Position numbers and translations under genes: made by a program | The notes under the pieces: generated by a model | What the model was told of the DNA's origin: nothing | The model's database searches: none | The model's input: the letters and a program-made list of their open reading frames with translations, nothing else | DNA from: Gracilinanus agilis | Lineage: Eukaryota | DNA: 64,000 bases | Reading direction: 5' to 3' | NCBI RefSeq assembly: GCF_016433145.1 | Contig: NC_058135.1 | Coordinates: forward strand, 227,811,352-227,875,351 | Shown here: piece by piece, positions 37,935 through 47,595 of the stretch | How positions within the stretch are numbered: position 1 is the stretch's first letter | Layout of the letters: every line of letters starts with the position of its first letter

Positions 37935-40900
37935 CCTACAAGATCCTAAATTTCACCAGGGAATAAATAATGCCTCATTAATAATCTGCTCTGGCATGGG
38001 GCAGTGTTTGTTCTCTACATAGCAGGTAACTAACAATAGCTGTAGAACTGAATAAAATTTTCATCTTAAGGTTCTGAACTTCAAGTTCACCATGACTAAA
38101 ATCCAATTCATTCTCTTTCCTCTAAAATATGCTCCTCCTTGACTTCCCTACTTCGATTAATAGTATTCTTCTTAGTCATTTATGTTCATAACCTCACAAT
38201 AGTTGTTGAAGCTTCCTCTTTTCTGTCCTCTCCCCTTGCCTGATCTTGCCTTCCTCCACCCTCAACCAACAATCATCTAGTCATCAAGTGGCAATTCTAC
38301 CTCAGGGACACAATGAATCTTCTCTCTCTCCCACTGCCACTACACTAATTCAGGTTGTTGCCATATGCCTAGACTACTGCACAAGCCCCTTAGCCAATCT
38401 CTGTTCCCACGCTTATCCTCTTCAATCCATTCCCTGGTTATGAAATTAATCTTAATGCACAGCTCTGATCACTTCACTGCTTTGCTCTAAAGTTTCCCAT
38501 GGCTTCCTGTTGCCAAAAAGAATAATAAAGTAATTGCAGTGAAGTAACCTACTTTACAATCCCACTTCCTCAGAATCATAGATTCTGAGTTAGAAGGGAC
38601 CAAGAGCCCGCCTACCTCAATCTGTACCTGAATAGAAGGAAAATAAAATTTATACTTATCCTCTAGATATCTCCTATCAAAATCAATATAAAGGCATTTA
38701 AAAAAAACCTAAACTAACCTCCATTTTGTACCCCTAAACTATATGGTTTTATTCTTAGGACAGAAAAATGTTCTTCCTAAACTTCTTTCCTAGTGAAAAA
38801 TAATTCCAAGAAGAAAGTCATCAAAAGAAGACAACGTATATAAAAACCTAAGGCAATCTCACCATTCTGAAATACCTGATGAAGACACCTGAAAAATAAA
38901 GGGCTCTAAGCCTTCCCTTCATTTTCCACTGAAGCCAAGACCTTTCCTATGGGGAAAATCTTTAAATCTGAAATTTTCACAAGTCTGTCCTGTAGTCTTT
39001 AAACATCACCAGGCTGGAGTCACAAATGGCCCTTGTCATTCTCCACACTGCACAAGTCTCAAGTTTTCTATGTCTAGGACACCATCTATGAGATTCAAAA
39101 AGAGCTTTTAGGTTGGAAACTTTCATAGAAGGGAAAGCTTTGGGGGACCTAAGGCAACACTAACAATTCCTGTTTTCAACCAAATATTAAGTAAGTAGGC
39201 AGTAGATGCACAGCAGAGTAGAATATCATTAGCTCAGACCAGTGTTCTTGCCAATTGGCCTTAACTCTTTTATCTGTAAAATGAGAGGATGAAACTAGAT
39301 GACTTCTGAGGTTCCTCCTAGCTTTAAATCTATGAACTTCTGATCTCTGTCTCTGGTAATGACAGTACTCTTATAGAGAGAAACTCTCTTCTGGCAAGTA
39401 GAAATCTGATCTCAATGGGAAACTGTAGATTGTTGGGTAGACAAGGTTCTGATTTCATCTGAAAACCTACAATTTTGTTTTACTTTATATATCTATAGTA
39501 ACCCCCTTCACATCATTCCACCAATACTTGGAAAACAAGAAAGAGATGAACATCAGGTATATTAGCACAGATATATTTTTGATGGTGTGTGACAAAACCA
39601 AGAAGTGGATGATCATACAATTAACTGGTAAATTGGGACATGAAGATAAACCACTTATATAGATCAGATCTGGATCAACATTTTTGTTTTCCTCACCAGC
39701 AGGAACTTGGCAGTGGGGGAAGGGGTGGAGTGGGGTGGGAGAAGATTTGGATTTATTCAATGGAGCTAGATAACTATCCAAGCCCTCCATATAAAAACTA
39801 GCTGGTGAAATTACTATTTTCTTTAAAATATTGTGGATTGTGGAAACATTCTGGCTTCATATGACCAAGGGTCTTGGAAATGTGATCTTCCTTTCCCTGC
39901 ACATTGAACCTCATCACATGAACACAGATTAAATGTGTCCCACTAACAGGCAGAAATGAGGAAAGAATGTCTAACAGAAGAGCTTTGAAGTAAGGTGGAG
40001 GACCTCCCAACACCAAGGCTTGCCCTAAATGGATCACCATAACGTAAGCACTGCCATGTGACACTTGACAATGAGCACACCAGGACCGCAAAAAAGAATG
40101 GCTTCAGAATGCATATAGCTATGTTTATTTAAGGATCCATTAAGTACAGAAGCAAAAACCAAAGCAGTTTCCCAGGCATACTCATGGATCAGGTCCTACT
40201 AAGGAACACCTTCTCATGAACTCTAGGCTCCAACCAAAGTGGACTCAGGCCTGATGCAAGGAGAAGCTTCCTAACAATTAGAGGAGAAACTTCCTAACAA
40301 TTAGAGCTGATAGAGCGTGCATTGTCTACCAGTGGTAAAGGGTTTCTCCTAATTGGAAGTCTTTAACACAAAGACAAAGTGAACACTGCTGGGCATGTTA
40401 TAGAGGAGATTCCATTCATATATGTTTGGGAAGTGGCTACTAAGATCCCTTCCAACTCTCCAATACTGACTGCTTGTTCAGGGTATAACAAGTTTCAGTT
40501 TCCTGCCTATGTACTTTAGTTCATAATGGTCCCTAATGCCTAGAATGACCAAACTCCTTCCTTTTTGCCTAATGCATTCCTACCCAACCTTTTACATCCT
40601 ATGCCATAATAATACATGTATAACCCAGCCCAAATCACTTGCCAACATCGGGAGGGAGAAGGGAAAGGGGGGAGGGAGAGAGATAAGTTTGATCATATGA
40701 TTTAGGAAAACTTGTGTGGAAATTTATTACAAGTAACTAGTAAAAAATACATACATATAAAGTTGCATGTTAATAACATGAAAAAATAAAATAAAGGAAT
40801 TACACTAGGCAAAAATTAAAAAATTAAAAAAAAAAAGTCCTATGCCAGTATCACCTTCTCCATGATGGATCTCCCTGAGGGCTGGAAGGGAGATCTTATT

Positions 40901-41636
40901 CTTTCAGATCTTACCTAACACTTTCATTGCATGTTCATTTATATTTAAGCCATATTACTAATATTATGTTATAGTTATGTCATCTTTCTCCTCTAGTCAA
41001 AAATTCAGTGAGAGGGCATTGTCCCAAACCTAGCTCCCTTAGGGGCTTAACAGTATTCTGCATGTCTTAGATAATAATAGCAGCTTTCACTAATACAATG
41101 ATTTAAGGTTTACAAAGTACATGATACCCATTATTTTCAGATTCTCACACACAGGCAGATAGTAGGTACTACCATATTAGCCTGAATATAATACGACCCT
41201 GAATATAATGCAATCCCAAGTATTTTGAAGGGTAACTCAAAAAGAGGAAACTTATTTTCTCCTTTTAAATTACAACTTTTTCTTAACTTGTGAATAATAC
41301 AAGGTCCTGAAAACAGATTAGTTTTAATGGCAACATTTTTATTAAATATGTATTACTTTATATATAGATACTTGTGAGAAACTACCTTCCAATATTTAAT
41401 CATGTTCTCCTTCCTCTTTTATTTCCTCATCTCCTGAAGTGGAAATGTCATTGCAGTCACCCTCTTCCCACAAAACACCATCTTCACTACCATCTCTACT
41501 GTTTGATATACAACATTTTTAAAATCCAAGCACAATGGACTGGGTGGAGATATTGTCCCAAGCAGTTTTCATCCAGTTCCCTAATACAGTGACTGACAGT
41601 TTATTTTTCCCAATGGAGTAAATTCATGGTTTCTGG

Positions 41637-42504
41637 TGTTATAATAAAAGGAGGCTACTACTATCTATTAGATGTAGACGAAGATGGAATATAGAGAGAG
41701 GGTAGGATGACACCTCTCTCCTTTATAACAGTTGCCCAGGCAGGATCCTTTAGGTCAATGGATGATATCCCTTCAGGACCCAACTGGGGTTAATTGGTAT
41801 TATTTATGGGGTTCTTCAGCTGGGTAACGTAATCTGACTGCATGACTCCCTTCCCAAATAAACTCTGAATAATCAATTCAGGAAGGTACTTTAAAACTTT
41901 GAATATATTTGGCAAAGAAGGATGATGGCATAGGATAGAGGTATTGGAGACCCTAAATTAAACTGATAGTAATGAATCTCTAAACTGCAGGCAAATGAAG
42001 GAATCAAGATGATAGCTTCTCTCTGGTACAGCCTGGCCAGGGTCACACCAGAGCAGGCAAACTGCTGTGTAATCTTTCAGCTTCTTCTTCAGTAGATATT
42101 AGCCTAATCAGTTTGAGATATCCACCCTTTTTTTCCACCCTTTTCTTCTTCTCCTGCCCACTTCCTGGATCCCTCCCAGGCCCTGAGAGACCTAGATGAC
42201 TAAGATGATTGACTTCCTAATATCTGGGGGCAGAAGAATCAGAGATGGTGGTCTGATACAGGTTGATGATGATACAGACAACACAGGAGAAGCTTGCAGG
42301 GTTGAGTTTGCAAGTCTTAATTTCCCCAAAGACCAGGATCCACTGATCTCCCGCCTCAGGGACAGGTAAAGAACCAAGAACCTCTGCCAGGGCTACCAAC
42401 TGCCCTCTCCTGTCCGCATGCCTCTCTGGGAACATTCCAACATCCAACTGATCCACCTGTCAATCACCGAGTGAACTCCTAGCTCCCAGAGATTCAATAT
42501 AACA
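41637..42504 (-). mobile_element. Solo LTR (ERV1-like), family A copy 1
   Basis: TGTTATA...TATAACA termini, near-TSD CTGG/TTGG. It is the reverse complement of copies 2 and 3 over most of its length. Confidence 0.85.
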
Positions 42505-42646
42505 TTGGTCAACATCTACTCGTTATATTCTTTCTTCAAATGATCTTTGAATGGCTTATTAATTACTATATCTAACACTTGTAATTGCAACATCATTCCT
42601 CCTCACATTTCAGCAATTCTCTTCACATTCTCAGTCAGGTGACCCT

Positions 42647-43619
42647 TGTTATATTGAATCTCTGGGAGCCAGGAATCCACACTGTTGATTGACAGGTGGG
42701 TCCGTTGGATATTGGAATGTTCCCAGAGGGCCGTGAGGAAAGGGGAGAGAGCAGTTGGCCCAGGGTGGTATAAATTCCCTGGTAGCCCTGACTGAGGGGT
42801 CCTTTCCTTCCCGTGGACTGGAGATCTGTGGATCCTGGTCTTGTGGGATTGAGACTTGCTGAGCTCAACCTTGCAAGATCCTCCTGTCTTGTTCCTGATA
42901 ACATCATCAACCTGTTCCCAGACCATCATCTTCTGATTCTATTGCCCCTATATATTAGGAAATCAATCATCTATAGTTATCTAGGTTTCCCAGGGCCCAG
43001 GAGGGATCCGGGAAGTGGGCAGGAGAAGAAGAAGTGGGTGGAAAGGGGTGGATATCCTGAAGACTGGTTAGGCATATCATCGAGCAAAAGAAGAAGAAGC
43101 TGAAACAGCAGCAGTTTGCCTACTCTGGTTTGGCTGTGGCCAGGCTGGACCAGAGAAGCTAACCATCCTGAGTCAATACCTGCCTACGGATCTGAGGGTT
43201 TATCATCATCCAAGTAGATAGGGTTTCCCAATCCCTCTTTCCTGTCCCAATATCCCATCTTTACTAAATACAGTCAAAGCCTTTTAAGTACCTTCCTGAA
43301 GTGGTTATTTATAGCTTCTCTGGAAAGGGAGATACGCAGTCAGAGACAAACCATTACCAAGCTAATAGAGCCCAATACACACTATCAATCAACCCCAGGT
43401 GGGACCTGAAGGGATATCATCCATTGACCTGAAGGATCCTGCCTGGGCACTGTTATAAAGGAGGGAGGTGTCATATCATCTAGCTAGGGCAAGCCTCAGT
43501 TGATCTTGCCCTAGCCACCTATCTGGGCTATCACTTTTGTCACACAATTTCCAGTGGTAGTATCCAGTTTGGGTTTCTCTCCTCTCTTATTTACATCATC
43601 TACATTTATTTTTATAACA
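42647..43619 (+). mobile_element. Solo LTR (ERV1-like), family A copy 2
   Basis: TGTTATA...TATAACA termini, perfect 4-bp TSD CCCT (42643-46 and 43620-23), TATAAA at 42769-74. Strand inferred from the TATA box. Confidence 0.88.
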
Positions 43620-44662
43620 CCCTTGAACACATCCAGTACAAGCACTTCTCTCTGACACAGTAACACACCTGGATGCCTACCCCAGACCACATTTACCAAT
43701 CTAACACAAGTTCTTCATTCATCCTTTTCCTGCACATGAAAGATCATTTCTGATGGTAAATTTTCCTTTGGTTCTGTTTTTTGCCTTAAAATTACATAAG
43801 GAGTCAGTTTTCACCTGTCAGCTATGACTGCAAGCATCACAGTCATTCTAGTTTTCTCATTTCCAGTAGTTTTAATCAACACTGATTTGGTGCTTTTAGT
43901 ATTAATGGTGACGTTTGATGGAATATCAAAGCAAACAGGGATTTGATCAGCATGTCCCATCTGCTCCAGGAGACAGCCATGTTTTTTTACGTATGCTGAG
44001 GTACACGATACACAACTTATGGTTTCAAAGCTGGAAGTGCTCAAATATAGTGCAAATGTAACTTTCAAAGGTACATATTGGGGGAAAAAAACATCACACT
44101 ATATTCCTACTAAAAAGGTACAAGTATTATTCCCATTTTACAGAGGACAAACATGAGATCCATAGGATAAATGATTTGCCCAACATCAAAATAAGTGGCA
44201 AAGCCAGGATTGAAACCCAGTTCTCATCTTGCTAAGCTCATGGTTCTTACCATACTTGGTACTGTAGTATGCTTCTCAAACACTAGTAAGTGGAAATAAT
44301 TTATTTCAACTTACTATATATAGCTTAATCTTTTGCATGTTATCTCTCTGTTAGTCTTTGAGAGCAGGGATTGTCTTTGTATCCCCAATGTTTAGTGCAA
44401 TGTCTGGTATGGCTTGGTCATACCTCTCTTAGGTACTTAATGCATTCTAGTTTATATGTAGTATTATTATGGCTGGTTATTGTCCTTTGTACTCAAAGAG
44501 GACCAAAATATCATTATGTCAGGGTCAATGTAGTGTGGTCAAAGTATTATATTTATTTATACAATGCCTCTTCTCCCATACTAAGCCTGAAGGGTCTTAT
44601 CTGTGGTCTCTTACTTGTCTTCTCAAATGTCTGCCCAGTATAGGAAGTTATGTAGAGCAAAA

Positions 44663-44840
44663 TTTTTTTTTAATCTCTTACCTTCCATCTTAGAATTAAT
44701 ACTACGTATTGGTTCCAAAGCAGAAGAGTGGTAAGGGCTAAGCAGTGGGGGTGACTTGCTCAGGGTCACACAGCTGGGAAGTGTCTGAGACCTCCCGTCT
44801 CTAGGCCTGGCTCTCAATCCACTGAGCCACCCAGCTGCCC
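44663..44840 (-). mobile_element. SINE1-type SINE with internal deletion
   Basis: SINE1 tail, CORE and head on the reverse strand. Confidence 0.8.
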
Positions 44841-44886
44841 TCTAGAGCAAATTCTTAAGGGGTATTATGGGCAGTATGGTATAGCA

Positions 44887-45393
44887 CAGTGATGGTGAAC
44901 TTTTTAGAGATGGAGTGCTGGGCCCTGCCCCAACCCCCCCTAAATGAGTGCTATGCTGCCCCCGACCCCCCATGGCATGATATGCTTCTTACTCCCATCA
45001 AATGTTGGGTGTGCCCTGTCCCCACCCTTACCCCACACAGGGGAGGGAAGAAGCTCTCTGATTGGGCTGCTGGGCCGAGGGGTAGGTAAAATGAGGAATG
45101 TCCTCCACAAGTGTAGAGAGGGGAAGGGAGTGGCCTGAGCACTCTGCTCCCCTCCAGCTCTGCTGCCGGTGAGTCTCCGACTTTACCCACTGTCCACTCC
45201 CACTGGCTGCTGGGCAAAGGGTGGGGGATGTGAAAAAATGTCCTTGGGCATGGTGGAGAGGGGGAGGGGAGCAGCTCAGCTCAAGTCCCTCTGCCTTTCT
45301 AGTAACAAACTGGGGGGGCCAGGGTACCACATGCCCACAGAGAGCACTTTTCACACCATCTTTGGAATCCATTCCATAGGTTCACCATCACTG
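44887..45393. mobile_element. Non-autonomous hAT-Charlie MITE (OposCharlie1/OC1-like), 507 bp
   Basis: 14-bp TIRs CAGTGATGGTGAAC / GTTCACCATCACTG and perfect 8-bp TSD GTATAGCA with central TA. Inserted into a MIR-like head. The family name rests on my recollection of the OC1 TIR. Confidence 0.88.
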
Positions 45394-45454
45394 GTATAGC
45401 AGATAAAGTGCTTGGCCTTGTGTCAAACTTTACCTCTAACACTGGTATAACCAT

Positions 45455-46481
45455 TGTCATAATTAGACTCTGGGAGTTGAGAGTCTCACCTTGATTGACA
45501 GATGAAGACAGTTGGAGACATCAGAATGTTCCCAGAGGCCATGAGGACAGGAGGAAAGGCAGTTGGCCAGAAAGGATATAAATACCCTGGCCACCCTCTA
45601 ACAGAGACCCTTGGACCCCTTTGTCTTTTGGGAACCCTTGGCTTGGCTTTGGCTGAGCTTTGTTTAAACTCTTGCCTTGGACATTTGATCTTGAACATAG
45701 ATTGACCTGTGGGTCAGACTGTGGATCCTCTGATTCTCTCTGAATCCCTAGATATTTAGACACCTAAACCATCTCTAGATATTTAGGTATCCCGGGCCCG
45801 GGAGGGAGGGGGATTCAGGAAGTGTGTAGGAGAAGAAGAAGAGGGTGGTAAGCGTGGTATTTCCTGAAGGCAGTTGGGCTGGCAAACAACTAGCAGTAAG
45901 AAGCTGCGAGAAACCATCATCAATATTTGTGACATCCAAACGGATTACTTACTCTGGTTTGGCAGTGACCAGGCTGAGCCAGAGGAGGTGAAGAACAAGC
46001 CAGCATTACTGAACAGCCTACAGTCCTGAGGGATTATTGTCATAGATTTAGTGATAAAGTCTCCTATTCCCCAACCCATTCCTGATCATTTCTTTCCCTG
46101 GTATACAACATAGATAAAAGTCATTAAGTACCTTCCTGGAGTAGTTATTCCATCACCACTCTGGGGAGGGAGCAACACAGTCAGATGAACGTTATCCAAG
46201 GCTGATAGAGCCCAGTACCAATAATCAATCAACCCCAGGTGGGACCTGAAAAGGTTACCCATCCATTGACCTTTAGGGATCCTGCCTGGGCACTGTTATA
46301 AAGAAGGGCAGTTATTATAACATCCAGCTGGGTGGCAGGACTCGGGTGCCCCTGCACCAGCCATCTGGGAACCAAACCAAAGCTTCCTCAGATTATATAC
46401 AGATTAATAACAACTATAATAATTAGCCATAATAATATTAGTAGCAATATAGAGATTATCCTCTCCCTTCTTTTTATAACA
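45455..46481 (+). mobile_element. Solo LTR (ERV1-like), family A copy 3
   Basis: TGTCATA...TATAACA termini, perfect TSD CCAT (45451-54 and 46482-85), TATAAA at 45577-82, colinear with copy 2. Confidence 0.88.
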
Positions 46482-46764
46482 CCATGGACAAGCAATTTAA
46501 TCTGAGTCTGTTTCCTCATCTGTAAATGAGAATATTTGTGGTGCTAACCTTCCCAGAATTGTTATGAAGTTCAATGAGATATGTATGCAAAGTGCTCTGC
46601 AAACTTCAAATGCCATATGTCAGTTATTGTTGTTAAAAATATGATTCCATGATTCTAGAAATAAATTCCTGGTCACACATTTAACAAAAGGCTACTGGAA
46701 CTGCTAACGTTGCTCCTAGAGGATGCTGGAGGCCAGATGTGTTTCTCATGAGAGCAGGGGTTCC

Positions 46765-47145
46765 TAAACTGGAATCTATTGATATTTTTCAAAGGATGTA
46801 TGAATCCAGGGCAGCTAAGTGGCTCAAGGCCAGAAAGTCAGACCTGGAGTCAGGAGACCCTATTCAAATTTGAACTCAGACACATCCTAGGCTATGTGAC
46901 CCCAGGCAATTGTCTAGCCCTAATTGCTCTTCTGCCTTGGAATTGATATATCAATTCTAAGATAGAAGGTAAAAGTCAAAAAAAAAATCAATGATTCTGA
47001 ATAGGAAAATATTTCAGTATGTTTTCTTTCTAATCCTATGTATTTTATTTGATGCATTTAAAAACATTATTCTGCTGAGGGGTCCATAGGTTTCATCAGA
47101 CTTTTAAAGAGTTCCAAAAACATAAGAAAGCTTGGGAAATTAGGA
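46765..47145. mobile_element. Old hAT-Charlie-type MITE interrupted by a SINE (about 46808-46985); related fragment at about 30760-30940
   Basis: Starts CAGGGGTTCCTAAAC and carries the block aaaacattattctg..gaggggtccataggtttcatcagac typical of MER-type hAT MITEs. Ends approximate. Confidence 0.55.
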
Positions 47146-47326
47146 TCATGCTTACATTTTAAAATGAATTATTTGCAAGCCAAAATAAACTGAATCTGAA
47201 CAGTAGTGATTTTTCATTATGTTTTCATTCTGAAAATTCAGAAACAAGTCCAAGCAGGTGAGAAAGCACAACACACCTAACCTACATGAAAGAAATAGGT
47301 TTTGACAGATGGATAACTTCAAATCA

Positions 47327-47332
47327 TTTATT
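47327..47332 (-). terminator. Candidate FASTKD5 polyadenylation signal AATAAA
   Basis: First canonical AATAAA I found on the minus strand after the stop (about 265 nt downstream), followed by a U-rich tract (ctatttctttc). Confidence 0.5.
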
Positions 47333-47595
47333 TATGTAATAGTAACATCATCAAGCAAGCATCCACTCTTGTAATCAGATAGTATCATACTAACTCTGGT
47401 TACCATGTTTTCCTAGCCTTTTTAAGGGAAGTTAACATGGATAGTGTAGTCCATTATTTCTTCTTTGCTATAAGCTACTTGGTTTTCTATAATGCCTCAT
47501 TTCCACTTTGGCTCCAACAATCATTCCAAAGTGCTAAGGACAGTGTGCTCCTTATTAACTGGCATGGGAGGACAATGGGTTTATCCCCTGATGCT

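Larger units (their letters stand above)
41172..44070 (-). mobile_element. Fossil pogo/Tc2-like (POGK-related) DNA transposon, 5'-truncated, interrupted by two solo LTRs; pieces at 43620-44070, 42505-42646 and 41172-41636
   Basis: Joined pieces read QMGHADQIPVCFDIPSNVTI...KTTGNEKTRMTVMLAVIAD / KLTPYVILR / VVWGRHPG...LVLDVFK|GHLTENVK...GGMMLQLQVLDIVINKPFKDHLKKEYNE / TAWDNIS...GF*KCCISN..DGSEDGVLWE. Catalytic Asp codons at 43946-48, 43631-33 and 42570-72. The 3' TIR-like end gggtcgtattatattcaggctaatatgg is followed by TA at 41171-41170. Confidence 0.88.

Noticed and set aside
42647-46481. Possible full provirus bounded by LTR copies 2 and 3 (same orientation)
   Set aside because: Each LTR has its own TSD, there is no PBS after copy 2, and the interior is transposase fossil, SINEs and a MITE instead of gag/pol/env.
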